NCBI GenBank assembly: GCA_900088475.1
Contig: FLMG01000261.1
Span: 145,493 to 209,492, forward strand
Reading direction: 5' to 3'
Source of the DNA: Hyphochytrium catenoides
Lineage: Eukaryota; Protista; Hyphochytriomycota
Length of the DNA stretch: 64,000 nucleotides
Under the pieces are notes generated by a model. That model saw only the letters and a list, made by a program, of their open reading frames with translations, had not been told where the DNA came from and ran no database searches. This document shows, piece by piece, positions 11,301-24,200 of the stretch (position 1 is the first letter of the stretch; the number at the start of each line of letters is the position of its first letter). Position numbers and translations under genes: made by a program.

Positions 11301-14300
11301 CTTCCTGCTTATCCCACATTTCTCGGAGGGCAGCCAGGTCTCTCTCAAGTTGGTCACGCTTACTACTTTGCTCTTATGTGAGACGGCGAAGGAAGAAGGG
11401 GTTGGTCACCTCCGCAACACAGAGCTTAATCACTTCTGAAAGATATAAAGTGGCGGATTGGAAGAGGATATAAGAGCTATGATAGCCTACCTTCGACATC
11501 CGCCTCAAGCTTCATTATTGCCTGGCCATAGTCCACCAGTTTGTCGTCTTTCTCCCTCAACTCCTTTTGGGCAAGCTGCATGGAAACTTGAAGTTCTGCG
11601 GAATAGTAAGGGCCGGTCTGCCCTATTGGTTTAAAATGTCGAGGTCCCCAACTTTACCTTGCAGCTCTTCTGCCGCACTATCGCTAGCCTCCACTTTGTA
11701 TCTCAGCTCTTGAAATTCGTTCTCTTTTTCTTGCATCTTTTGTGCCACTTTTTGCACTTCTTTTTCGAGGTCTACAAAAGCCCCAAAGAGGTAGATTAGA
11801 CCTAAAGACGGCTCCCAATCCTGCTTGGAAGAGGTAACTGGAGAGACACTTGCTCTAGCTTTAATATCTCCATAAACTCCACCTCTCAGGCCCTTGTTGG
11901 GACAGACGGCGATCCCACAGCGCGGAACAGAGAGGTGTAAAGATTGAAGCCAAAAGCTCAGTCACACAGCTCTTCTTGTCCAGAACGCGATATATAAAGA
12001 TAAGGTGTCTGACAATTTTTCCACATAGGCGGAGTGATCCAAGGCTGACCTGCTATTTTCTCGTTCTTGAGGCTCATTGCCTGGTGATGTGACTCTCTCT
12101 CCGCTTCCAAATCTGCGTCTCTCCGCTCAATAATTTCTTTCGCCAGATGAAGCTCCTCTCTTAGGCCTGATTTCCATGGGACAAAACAAAGCCTTAAGGG
12201 CTTGGAGAGAACAACTTACGAAGTGAGTATAATGGCCGCCACCTTCAAACTCCTTTAGCTGTTCTATCGTCTTCTCAGTCTCTGCAAGCTTCGCAACGGT
12301 TTCCGCCAGAGCCGTTCGAGCCTCTATTGAGGTAAGTAGTATTAGAGCATGGCGATGTGTATGGGGAAAAAGCTGCAAGCTATGGAAGACAGAGGGTCCA
12401 GAAGGCGGCCACATCGTGTGCGAGTCTCAGATATAGTGCAAGCTTCATAGGTCTCGTCAAAAGAGGCTCCTCAACGGGGATAGCATAAGAGTATAGATAG
12501 GGATACTAAAGGAGTAATACATACCTTCCAGCTCAGTTCTCAACAGCTGGATGTTGCCAAGGAGCTCTTCTTTTTCTAGCTGCCACTCCTCTTCTTTTGC
12601 TTGTGGAGCAGCAAGCCGTAGCGAAGGGAGGCAGAGCACGTGCAGTAGGGTAAGGGTCGGCCACGACGAAGAACATCCGTAAGGAGGATGTCATTACGAC
12701 CGGCTCGTCGAGCCAAGTCAACTCATCACGAAGTGACTATACGAAGGATCATTTTTGAGAAGAGGATCTAACACGGTGGACTTACCCTGAGTGACGCCTC
12801 GTAGCTCATTGAGCTGTGTTTGGAGCGACAATACGCCCGATTCCTCAGCTACTCTCTGCATTCTATATTTCTCTTGTTCCTCCTCCAATTGTTTACGTGT
12901 TGTTCGTTCTGATGCAAGAGCTGCTTCTAGGCTCTCAAGCTCTCTAGTCAACTTCTCCTCAGTGGAACGGAGAGTTGCCACTTCCTCTACTATCGCGCTC
13001 ATCCTTTGTGTGCTTTCCTCGGCCAAACGCAACGCGAATGTATCCTTTTGCTGATCAGCCTCCATCTGCAGCTCCTGGACCTTCTTTGACATAGCTTTTG
13101 CAGCTTGCCTCTCTGTAGCCAGCTAACGGTCACAGAAGAAACAGAAGTCAGACCTTTCTAGTCACTGAGGTTGATATAGCCTGCCTATAATATGCCATAA
13201 GCGATGCACTTCATCATCATCATCGTTGTCCATACCTCTTCTTCTGCGCCCTTCAAGGTATCTCTTAGATCTTTGACCAGTTGGGTGTGAGCTTGAAGCT
13301 TATCTTCATAGCCTGCCTTTGCGTCACGAAGTGCTAGTTGAAGCTCTTCTATTTCCCTTTGATACCTTTCTCTTTCCTCTCTAGCTGCTTTTTCTCTACT
13401 TGCTTCATCTGAATCAGCCAACTGGGGCATGGAGGATAGCTGCGTCCTAAGGCTATCGTTTTCGGCAGTCACCTCCGCAAGAGAACCAGTTAATCGCTGT
13501 ATCTATTGGTGAACCAATGGACGCGATCAGCTGCAGGTATAGAGGCTTTTGAGCACCTATGCTTTCCTCACCTCAACGTTGAGCTTCGCAACTCCTTCCG
13601 CCTGGCTGACTCTTAGTTGTACTATCTGATTGGTCAAAGACTGCACCTCTGCCACCTTAGAGTCATAAGACGCCTTTACCTTAAGGATAGAATTGGGTGA
13701 ACATTAGCCAGACAAGCACTGGTTGAAATGAAGAATGTGGAGCCTCCACCCAATCCAACTATGGAGCAATCTACCATAGATGTTTCCGAAATTTTGGCGA
13801 TCGAAAAAAGCATAGCGAACAGGACAGGTAAGCGAAGCTTGCAGTCAGTGCCATTGAAGGGCAGGGAGACCGAAGCTTGGCTCGGAAGCGGAGGAAGTTG
13901 GAACACAGATACCAAACGAAACGACGCGACTATACCTGATGGGAATTGGATATTGCGGCTTTGGAGGCTACTAGCTGGGCGCTCAAGTGGTCAAGTTGAG
14001 ATCTTAACTGTTTGACTTCTGTCTGTTGAGCCAAAAGATCCTCTTTGAGCGCTGCCTCTCGTGTTTCTACCTCTCTTACAGTTGTTTCTTTTAAAATCGC
14101 TATCTCACTTCGTTCCTGTTCCAGTTTCTTTGCTATTTCTGTCTTCTCCTCTTCTGTAGCCAACTGTTGAGCCTGTAGATCCTTATGAGCGTCCCTTAGA
14201 GCCTCATAAGCCAACCTACGAGTGTCCTCTTCTTGTCTGAGGTGTTCCACCTGGAAGAAAGGTTTGTCAGAGGGCGCTCTAACTGCTATTGCCCTTTCAA

Positions 14301-16154
14301 AGTAGCAATATGCATAATCGTGGCTACGCTACCAGACTCACATGCAGAGCGACAGAGAAGTATGATAAAGGGTCACGTCACATGCATCAACGCAGAGGAA
14401 CGCAAAAGAGTGCACGCCGACTCATTGTAGATAATGGAGAGTACCTCCTTGTTTAGATTGTCTAACTCTTCCGTCTTGGACTGTTGATGAATCTCCCTTT
14501 GCATCTGGTTCAATTGAGATCGAAGCAGTGTGTTCTCGTCGTCCGTCTGCTTTTTTGCGCCTTGGAGAGCTTCCAGTGACTGAATGAGCTGTTCTTCTTT
14601 AGCTCTAAACATTGCTTGAGCTTGGGCGGTGAGTGTACTCCTTAGTTCTTCAGAAACGTGCACGATCTCAGCTGCTTTATCTGCCTCCGCAGCGGCAAGC
14701 TTTCGGCTCCATTCTATGCTCTGCTCTTGTTCCCTCCTTCTGGATGCCTCTTCCATCCTCTGCCTCTCCTCCTCCACCGCTTGTTGCAACGCTTTCATCG
14801 ACGCTTCATTTATCTCAGAAAATATCCTCCTCTCCTGTTCCACCTCCTTTATGTACCTCTCTTTGTTCTGCATCTCGTCAAGCAAAGAGTGGATCTCGAC
14901 TTGCTTTTCTCGCAGTTCTTCCTCTACTAGCCTTTTGTCCTCTCTTGCGCCTTCCAACATATTCTTGTATTGTTGAGTAAGTTCCGAGATTTCCCGATTG
15001 CTGTCTTCCAAGCCTATCTCAAGTTTGGCGATCCTCTCCTGTTCGTGGAGCTGGACCAGAGGAGGAGCAGAGATAGTGGGGTCATGACCCTCTTTCTCCT
15101 TTGTCTCCTGCCCTCCTACTGCAGCAGGGGTCTGCAGTAGACGCATAAGTAGAGCTTCTGACTCATTGTTCTTCTTGGCCAGCTCTTCTTCCAACTGACA
15201 AACTTTACCCTGAAACTTTGACAATTGCTCCAAAGCCTCAAGTTGGAACTTCTCTTTTTTATCTGCTTCCTGTTTCCATCTCGCGGCAATCGAGCTCTGT
15301 TCTTGAAGTTTGTCTTCGAGCACCTTGACCTGTAATCGAAGAGCTTCCAGCTCTGCAGAGGTCGAGGACGATGAAGGACGCAGCGTGGCAGCAGTCGTTT
15401 TACCGGCGCTAGGTCGACAAGACGTTGACCCAAATGCAGGAGCAGGGCCCGACCTGCTCAGGCCTGGAGTTTTGCCTGGGACTGGCTTGCTTGTAATGGC
15501 AACCGGGGACGACTTGCTGGATAGAGGATAACGAGTGGAGCTAGCTGACGCGCTGGGCTTGGCTACGCTTGTGGAGACTATTGTCTTGGTATTTGGCGCT
15601 GTTTTTGAGTCGCCCCCAAGAGTTCTCGTCCTAGGAGCTGCAAGGGGACACATTAGATTTCTAGGAACACTGAAGTGGCTTATGAGCTCGAAGACCTGAT
15701 AGAGCAGTCATTGGTGCAGTTGTGTTGATGAAACAGTAGGGTAGAACATATAACTCAGCTGAGCAAATGGCAATTTGGAGAGTTTCATCGCACCAGCAGT
15801 TCCTTTAGCAGCAGGGCTCACAGAGGGTCTAGCCACGGCATTCTGATTCCTAGTCCCAGAAGTCACTTTAGTAGTGCTCAGTGACAAGGACCGCGCAGAG
15901 CTTGCCGACCGAGAACCAAAAGCGCTTGTCGAAGTCCTGGAAGCCCTTTGAGCGGCAGGACCTAGAGAGCGTCCACTTGGAGGCATTTGCTTGGACCCGG
16001 AGAGTTTCCTTTTCTCTATTACAGCTGCAGCAGTGTGCCCTAAGAGGGTCTTTGTCTCTTCCGGCAACGCGCCATTGGATTCTTTAACGACCTCACTGAG
16101 GTTTGAGATCACCGAGGCCAGCTCTTGCGGGGTTGCAGAGTGTCTCTTCGCCAT
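8391..16154 (-). CDS. large coiled-coil protein with basic Ser/Thr/Pro-rich N-terminus (cytoskeletal/centrosomal-like, family unassigned); multi-exon
   Basis: ATG at 16154 with an in-frame TAG just upstream. The S/T/P/K-rich head is followed by many E/K/Q/L-rich heptad exons (e.g. 14373-15653 ORF, 12718-13092, 10406-10660). Last exon VHDENAMLRAQVEGLKTMINQQYS-TAA ends at 8391. Confidence 0.8.
9839..9894. other. assembly gap (N run)
   Basis: Run of n. Confidence 0.99.
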
Positions 16155-16925
16155 ACTCTACGAGTCCTCTGACGGATTCTACCTTATAGACCTCGGTGTT
16201 CCTGGGCAGGTAGCAACCTGAAGAGCAGGACAATTGCCAGTGGCAGAGTGCCAATGAGTTGGCGCTGCTTATGAGTTCTGATTCTTGAGATGTTTCTTAT
16301 GAATTCAAGTCCTCAAGCATCTCAACCTCTGTAAACGCTCAGGAACATAACGTCGCGTACGCATCAGAACACATTCTTTCTTTCTAATAAATAAAGCCAT
16401 TGATTTTGAGAACGCGCATTTGGGACCTGAGCTTACATTATGGGTCAGGAGGGGCTAACGCCTAGTAAGACAGCGTGTTCTGATGGTCTGATGCAGACAC
16501 CGCTTTGCATTTGAAGTGTGCAAGACTGGGCAAGGTCCAAGGGTAACGGCGAGGCCAGCAGCAGGAGTGCTCACTCAGAAGAGACTCCCGCGCGCCTGTG
16601 ATGAGCGTGAGCAACTGTGAGACACTGGCGAGACACCAAGGGATGTGTGGAGCGTAAAGAGCGGCCCGGGTCTAGGAAGCGACATTGGTCGCCAATATAG
16701 CAGCTGCTGAGTTTGGTCCGGACATCAGCGAAGGCAATGGAGAGCCTGAGTGTCGTTAAGAGAATGAGCTTGTATAAAGAGGAGCATCGGCAAGAGAAGC
16801 TCTATTATGAACTCAGTATGGCAAGCAGAACAAAGTATTTATCAACATCGTAGGCTTCTTTCTTTCATTAGCCCTAAGAATCTATAAAGCGACAAGCTCG
16901 CTAGATGAGCTACCGTTTAATAATG

Positions 16926-19900
16926 CTATTTGAGTGTCAGATCTTTCCTTGTGGCGACATACTCTAACATGAAGAAGCCGTTCATGAGGAGAGGCAGAAC
17001 TAGATTATCCATCTGTGCCGTAACTGCCTCCACTAGAGTGGTCAGAAGGATCCCTAACAGCCGAAAGGCAATCTGCCTCGACAAGAAAGGGAAGAATTGG
17101 TGAGTTTTTGAGGTAGATACGCCGTGCAAGAGACGAAGAGAGAGACACGACGGGAGGCGGGCCCTAGTCTTCAGCTAAAGTATGGACTGTAAGAAGTGAG
17201 ACCCTACAACGAGGGAGCAAGTGGAGAGAGGGGCCATCTTACCAGAGTGGCCCTATCGCACTTAGGGGCATTGCAAGCTGACCCAAAGCCGTCCAGATAG
17301 TAACAGAAGAGGGCGGATGACACGAACATTGCGATACTGCCCTCTAACGTCCGCCCAGTCCTGAACCAGCGCCACTTTCCTATGTACGTACCGACAATAG
17401 CACCCTTCAGAAGAAGGGCAACGGGTTAGTCGGAGAATTGAGACTTAGCATACATGAAGGACAGCGACATAGGCCGAGAGCCCATATATCAACTACTCCG
17501 GCAAGACAGACAGCAATCAAGAAGGAAATCTTAGGATGCGTTCAAGGTATCAGACACGCCTATAATGATGAGAATACCGAGTTATCACCTCTTACCATGG
17601 CGTCACCTATACCCACTGCTATTATTCCCGCGAATGGGCCTAAGCTGTCGGAAGGAAAATTGACGTCTAGCCAGAGGGGGAGAGCACAGCCCAATAGAAG
17701 GTAGAAATGTGACAGAATTGCTGGGCCTGCAATGCAAATGTTACGAGATGCGGAGGGTGCATATATATATTGAGCAACACCCTAACACCATCCCTGCGTC
17801 AAAATGTTCAGAATTACCTTGATCCCTATTGTCCACGTAGCTGACCATATAGCCATGTAGGGCTTCGCCCAGCCAAGGGACATTGAGGACTCTTAGGCAC
17901 TCAACAGCTACTAAGCCTGCAAAAGCCACCCCATAGCTGAGGCGTAACATATCCCGCTGTTTAAGAGGGCAACAAAATAGAAGGACCTATGGTCATGGTT
18001 CTGCAAACTTCGGGAGTATCAGGAGAGCTCTAGCAAAGGTTCAACAAGCAGCAGCAATTGTCTGACAAAGTAAGGATGGCAGCACTTGTAAACGATTGCA
18101 ACATGATTGACCCATGCAACCGGGGAAACCACAAAGCAGGCAAAAGCGTGGCGACATTGAGCGTTAATCGCTGCTTCTATCTTACCGCATAAAAGACAGC
18201 TGGAGTGAACATCACGACCGCCAGGAAGTGATATAGCTTTCTCGCTACAATCTTTCTGAGTCTGAGGTGCTCCTCCAGCAAGAGGAAGTAGGCAATGCTT
18301 ACGAAGAGCACGAAGAGCCAGTACAGGCAACAAGCTAAGTTCCTGACCAAATCTTGTGCTAAGAAGGATAATACCCTGGGAACATAGGTCATAAATGAGT
18401 ATCAACTTTGATGGCATTGACGCGGTGTCAGAAAGGTCCATCTCAGTCACAGCAAACAAGGGATATGAATAGCTCATTCCATCCATAAGAACGCAGCAAA
18501 ATAATGTGACGCCGCAAGGAGTACGACAACCCTACCACAGGAACAGGTTTGTGCCAAGCAATATGTGACAAAGGGGAAGAACTATCAGCCCAACAGAGAG
18601 CAAAAAGGCAACGTAGAAGCGGATTGAGGCGGATAGCGACAGCTCCTCGCTTTGTATATGGGCGGAGCCACTGCCATAAGCCTTGAAGAAGGGAGAGAGT
18701 GAAGCCGCAAGCAGAAGGACACCACAGACTCCGCCTTGAAGGGCTGCGTGGACCTCATCTCTCCCTGATGGATGGATAAAATAATAGCTAAGCCAGCCAA
18801 CAGAGCCCGATACCTGGGAGCAGAGTGGAAGCGCAAATGAAGCTGTTAGACAAAAAGAGTAGCAAGGACGAGTTGCTAGAAAAGTCTGATGCTGGACAGT
18901 CCACTCGTGAAGTCAAGGGTTACTGAACAAACTGATAGTAGAAGGGCGTAGGAAGAAGCATGAGATGTATTTTGTTAAAGGAGGAGGAGGAGGGGGAGGG
19001 AGAGAGGAGAGAGGAATATACGTTTACAGCGAAGCACCACCGATAGTCGCTAGCTGGCCGGTGTGCTACACACCTTAAAAGAGACCATTAACAGTGCATC
19101 AAGGCTATAAAGGGTGAGCATTTGCGAGAGGATACTGGCTTCTCCAAACGTGAAGGACTTTTTCAATCCCACGAGACATGTCAGCGTGATAGCATCTAGC
19201 AGCAGCAAGGCTAGCAGATAATGTGCAATCCCCTGACCTGACAATGCAAAAGGTAGGACTATTTTAATAGATGGATTGCAAGGCTTGCTGGTGGGAATAG
19301 AGTATTCAATCAACGAAGCACAGAAGAGATAAGGATGCTGAATCCGGTGGCTACCAAGGAGAGATACAAGGAGGCTACTAAGGATTTGAGGAACACTAAT
19401 GAATGTCGGCCAAGACCATACCACTTACCGGCGTCTAAGACAGCGACTGAAAGCATGGTAATGAAGGCATACTTCACGAGAACCAAGACACTCCTATAAG
19501 GCACACCAAGAGCGAACTGCAGAGCAGAGCTCGCACTAAGGGCAGTACTAAGGCAGACGTTCCATAGCAAGTAATCTGATAATTCCACGTTAGCCACGGC
19601 AGCGAAGATCGAGAATTTCGCGTTAGCCAAGCCAGCGACGGTCGACAGAGAGCAGGCTTATCGCCTGATATCACATCCTAAAAGTCCCACCACCAACTTC
19701 TTGGCTCACTAACCTTCGGTCTGAGAATCCGCAAGGTGCTCCTGATTCCGATAGCGCACTGCGAGATAGGCCGCCGTAAGGGAAAACGGGAGGACGAAGG
19801 AAGACAACGTCATTCCTTGGTCGATCAAAGGCCTATGCATCAGTCAGTGTCCATATTTCGACATGAAGCCCTAGGTTTAGTACAGGGTAGAATGTTTTAT

Positions 19901-20314
19901 GTATGAATATGTTACCCAAAGAGGTGCATGGCGGAAACAGAGACAGCAGACGACTAGAGAGCACAGAACGGCGAGAAGCAAGGGTCATATTGTCAAATCG
20001 GCCTACCTTAGCAGGGCAGCATATGGAGAACTGATGCTGAGAACAGAGCTACCGAATGATAGGCAGGTAACCAGCAAGACCAACGCCATAGCTTTCAAAG
20101 CAAGACTACTTCCATCATCTGAGGAGGAGGAGAGATGCAGGAGCCATAGCAGAGGAGCTGCGTAGGCAAATAGAACAACCAGCTCAAAGAGTTTTCGAGC
20201 TACGTCTCTGTGCCTAGTATGTGCTTTACGTTTACTCTTGAATTTGACATCGGACTCCATCGTCTCCTTGCTTGGGCTCCTCCGTACTCTAGCAACTTCA
20301 AGCTCGCGGTCCAT
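16926..20314 (-). CDS. DOLK: dolichol kinase (SEC59/DOLK family, CTP-transferase superfamily); multi-exon, start uncertain
   Basis: Spliced motifs [74 protein letters not shown] and EAVTAQMDNLVLPL, plus many hydrophobic TM segments. Confidence 0.92.
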
Positions 20315-21279
20315 ACTATGGCGCAGGTGTCCCTGTAGCACTTGCGGCGGTCCAGTGACGCTGCTGGGCGGTTCGATTGGTCAACGCGAAGAGCATCTTC
20401 TCCCCAGACATCTCATGATAATGCCATTGGCACCGAGGACGTTCGACAGAGCAATCTCTGCGACAGAGCGCAATGATGGATGCACTCCTTGAACAATAGT
20501 CTTCCGTCTGCACGTAGATCTACGAGGATCTTTCTTCAGAGGATCCAGGCTCCGCCGTGTCACCCAGCGTGGCTTTCCACCATCGCAGCAGCCTTCATCA
20601 TCATCCAAGACGTCCAACAAACATCTTGGACAAGTGGATTCCGAGGGGACGCTAACGGCTATCCTTGTCAAGCGAGGAAGGATGTTCAACAAAATGTGAA
20701 AACTCTGATGAAGAAAGTTGTGGTGTTTGATGTTTGTCCTTTGTCCACGATAATTGACTGACGGCATAGGGTGAGGTTTGGGCATATTTGACAGATGGTG
20801 GCTGTAAATTGTCAAGAATCTGGGCGATAGAATCTTTTGTGCTGGATTGATGATTCTGGCTCTGGCACCCAACAGACACACAGACACGGCTCTCACAAAA
20901 GTGCATCTCGCTCTTTCTAAGGAAGCCTCTCTACGACTCGCTCCTCTTCCTGCTGGTGGGCGCAGCGGCTGGTTGTCACAGCGTTGAGCCTCTGTCCCTA
21001 TATTCTGTGTGCACTGGACGAAGCGTCCGGGCACCTTAGTGCAATGCCTTTGAGCTCAAAGCAGTGATAAGGATGCTCTAAAGTGGAGGAAGGCAAGTAA
21101 AGCAGTGCAGCGACAGGTGAGAGGAAACCGGCCTGCTTCTGGAGGTAGGAGCTGCTGATGGAGGAGGCGGAGACACGAAGACCGCGTCCTAGATAAGTAC
21201 TGATCCCGTCTTGCAGCCAGCAGGGTTTTGCTTATTTGTCGCCATACTGAGAAGCTTGAAGACGTTGACCTTGGTAGAC
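20315..21279. promoter_or_regulatory. putative bidirectional promoter / 5'-UTR region between DOLK (-) and the metallophosphoesterase (+)
   Basis: Head-to-head gene orientation with a gap of about 1 kb; no specific motif identified. Confidence 0.35.
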
Positions 21280-24200
21280 ATGGCTGGGGGCACTGAGGAC
21301 AGTTCCGTCGTACGTCAGCTATCTCACCATTTTTGGCCTGCTTCTGTTTTGCAAAAGAAACTCTGCTTGTAGGGCTAGTATATAGGAAAGTTGTGCTCTG
21401 CAACCGTCTCCGCTTTACTCATTTTTCTTCTCTTTCTGCCCGATTCAGTACACGTCGTTGGGGGCAACCCTAGTCCTGCTGGTTGCCTTCTATGCCTTCG
21501 CTGCTCCATTTCACGACTGGACAGAGCTCAGAAGGGAGTGGACACCCTACGTTTACTGCTCTTTGTACCTCTATTGGTGGCTTCTTTCTGCCATTGCTTT
21601 TCATGCGTCCGGTAACCTCTCAGGGCTTTTGGACTACGACATAAAACAGCCGGTGAGTCAATAATGGGCGATTGACGAATAAGCCACTGAAACAAGGATA
21701 TAGAGAAAGACTTGAGCAACTATTTAAGGGTCGATGCTATGGCTTGCTACTTGTAGCATGTGGTATGTTATGGAAGGATCATGGTCTATCCCTCCCACGG
21801 CTACATCTACAAAGCGTAGCTCATTGTTTACACCCGCTAAGGTCACTCTTCTATCTCCACGCCCAGATCTCCTTGTTCTTCCCGATTTTTGGAGTAACCG
21901 TGGTGCTCCTACTGGTGGTCGAGCTTATCCTGGTCCTTGCCCGACAAGTCCTTACTTTCTTCAACAACAACTCCTTGCAGCGAATCAGGTGGCTCCTCTT
22001 ACTGCAGAGTCTTTCCTGTCAGCTTTTACTCTACTTGATCACCCTAACCTTCCTATGTACCTATTTAGCGCAATTACCTCTCTCGTTCTCTCAGGTTCAG
22101 TCTTTTCTTGTTGGTTGCTGTTTATCCCTCCTAGTCTCTCTCTTTCTCACCTTCCGAAGGATGCTCTTCGGGTTCCTGAGATTAGCTTCCTGCTGCTCTT
22201 TTCAGCGTAATGCACAGTATTACCACAGTCATTTTCAATGCCGGGCTCGTTAGTGTCGCTTGCTGTCTTGTCTTTCTGGAATGCGATGGAGAGCTTTCGC
22301 AGGTTTGCTACTCAGTGTCCTTTACCGCTTAAGTGTATACGTTATGATAGATCCAGATGATTGGGTTGTTCATCTATGATAGACTGCTATCATTCTCTCA
22401 GCTTGCCTTGTTTTTAGCTGACCACCAGCGTGCTAATGCGTTGATGCCAATTGTCAACGATTTTAGACGAAGGCAGACGTCCTGACGAGTAAACAAATGG
22501 CTTGCTCGAGTATCTTCGATTTCACCTCAAAAGGCATCAAGCTCACCGGGCCGTCCAGGTAGAGTTCCATTTGTCCTTAACATCATCTCAGAGCAAGATA
22601 GAACACGCGGGGCTTCCATGCCGTCTCTGACTCGAACGTCTGCCTGAAGTTGCCCTGTCTTATTAAGCTTCTTTGCTGCGGTAGTATTTCACTCCCTTGT
22701 ACCGTTAGCTGTATGACTTCATGCTAATCCTAGATGTAGTTGGAATGTAGTCCTTTTGGTATGGTGTACTGGCATGGTCCTTGTCATCGCTACTTTTCTT
22801 GTCGAGTGGCTCGCGTGGTATTCCTTCTTCTACGAGGATCAGTACAGTCCGCAGGATTACGTAGATGACAACACGAAAGCCCCTTCTGTGTCAGAGGCTC
22901 TTCCAATGGTGTCCTGGTATTCGATGGTTATGTTTGACGTGGTCTTTGACGTAAGTGCTACCTCCGAAGTTAGCCGTCATCCGTCCCTTGTACCAGCGAT
23001 TTCTCCTCCGTCAAACCTTCGCTTCTTCTCTTTCCCCCATTCCAGTCAGATGCCCTTTCCTCCATACTCTGGCCTATCACACTCTGTCTTTTCTTTGGAC
23101 CCCGTTCATTTGAGTTGATCTGCCAAACAAGACTGGACTTACTAAACTTTTGCAAACGTCAATTTCTGTCATGTCACCGAAAATATCAGTTGTCCTTCAT
23201 CATTAATGACCGGCCTTACTTTGCTATGTACCGCTAACCGGCTGAGATGCTCTTTTTGCCCTCATTCTTGTCTCACGATAGCTGCTGATCTCCCTTAAAG
23301 TCTTCTTGGGAAGGTAAGGATCACTTTGAGTTCCTGATGCTACTAGAGTCCCTCTTGCCACTTACACTTCCCAATGTATTCATCTGTTTGTTTGGTCAGA
23401 TTCGACCGTCGTATCATGCAGGCGGCCATTCATAAGGACACTCCACCAATATTTGAACATCTTGCTCATAAAGAAGAACTCTGGCGTAAGTAAAAAACGA
23501 GGACTTGTTGTTAATATCGTTGTCTACCTCAATTCTGTGACCCTTGTGTGTACAGAACCTTTACGACTTTTGCATATGGTTTACTGCTAGCTCCTGTGCC
23601 ATGAGGCTTCACGTCAACGTCGTTTTCTACGCTCCAAATGTGGTTGCTCTTACATTCCTGTCCTATGAACTATTCCAGGAAGCTTTGCAAGTCTAACGTC
23701 ATTCTCTCATACCTAGTTGACTTTATGGCTGACTGCGGAGATGGCTTCAACTCAAGCTATCAGGTTGCTCGAATGTTAGCACAGCCCAAGCTAGAGGTGA
23801 CGTATAAGGCTAGGAAAGATCCGACAGCAACTAGGGGCTCACAAGGAGCCTTGGAAGAAAAAGAAGATGATGAGGATTTGTCGACATATGAGTCGATGGT
23901 CCTCCCTCGTGGCGATTGTCTGGTAATTGGGGGAGATCTGGCATACCACCACCCGACCGCAGATAACTATGAGGTATTTCTTGCTCGCGTACTGCTTCTC
24001 TACTGCCAGGATGTTTCTCACTGAATTAAAGCGGATCTGGACATATAACTTCTGCCGCTTTCCATTAGCCTATGGTGAATGCCGCTTTCCATTAGCCTAT
24101 GGTGGACCTCTCGCCAAACCCGTGCAAATGTCGCATCCTTGGTCTGGCTTTTGACTTTTCCCTCCAGCTCTGCGAAGCGTTTAGCCTCATGCGTTCTCTG

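Noticed and set aside
16597-16710. GTGATGA...CTGA, C/D snoRNA-like
   Set aside because: No terminal stem or recognisable guide sequence; such motifs are expected by chance.
20381-21034. 217-aa minus-strand ORF upstream of DOLK
   Set aside because: Non-ATG start and no recognisable motif; probably UTR or promoter, although an extra DOLK exon is not excluded.
24053-24104. 25-nt direct repeat resembling a CRISPR repeat
   Set aside because: Only two adjacent copies with no spacer, inside a eukaryotic intron, and no cas genes.
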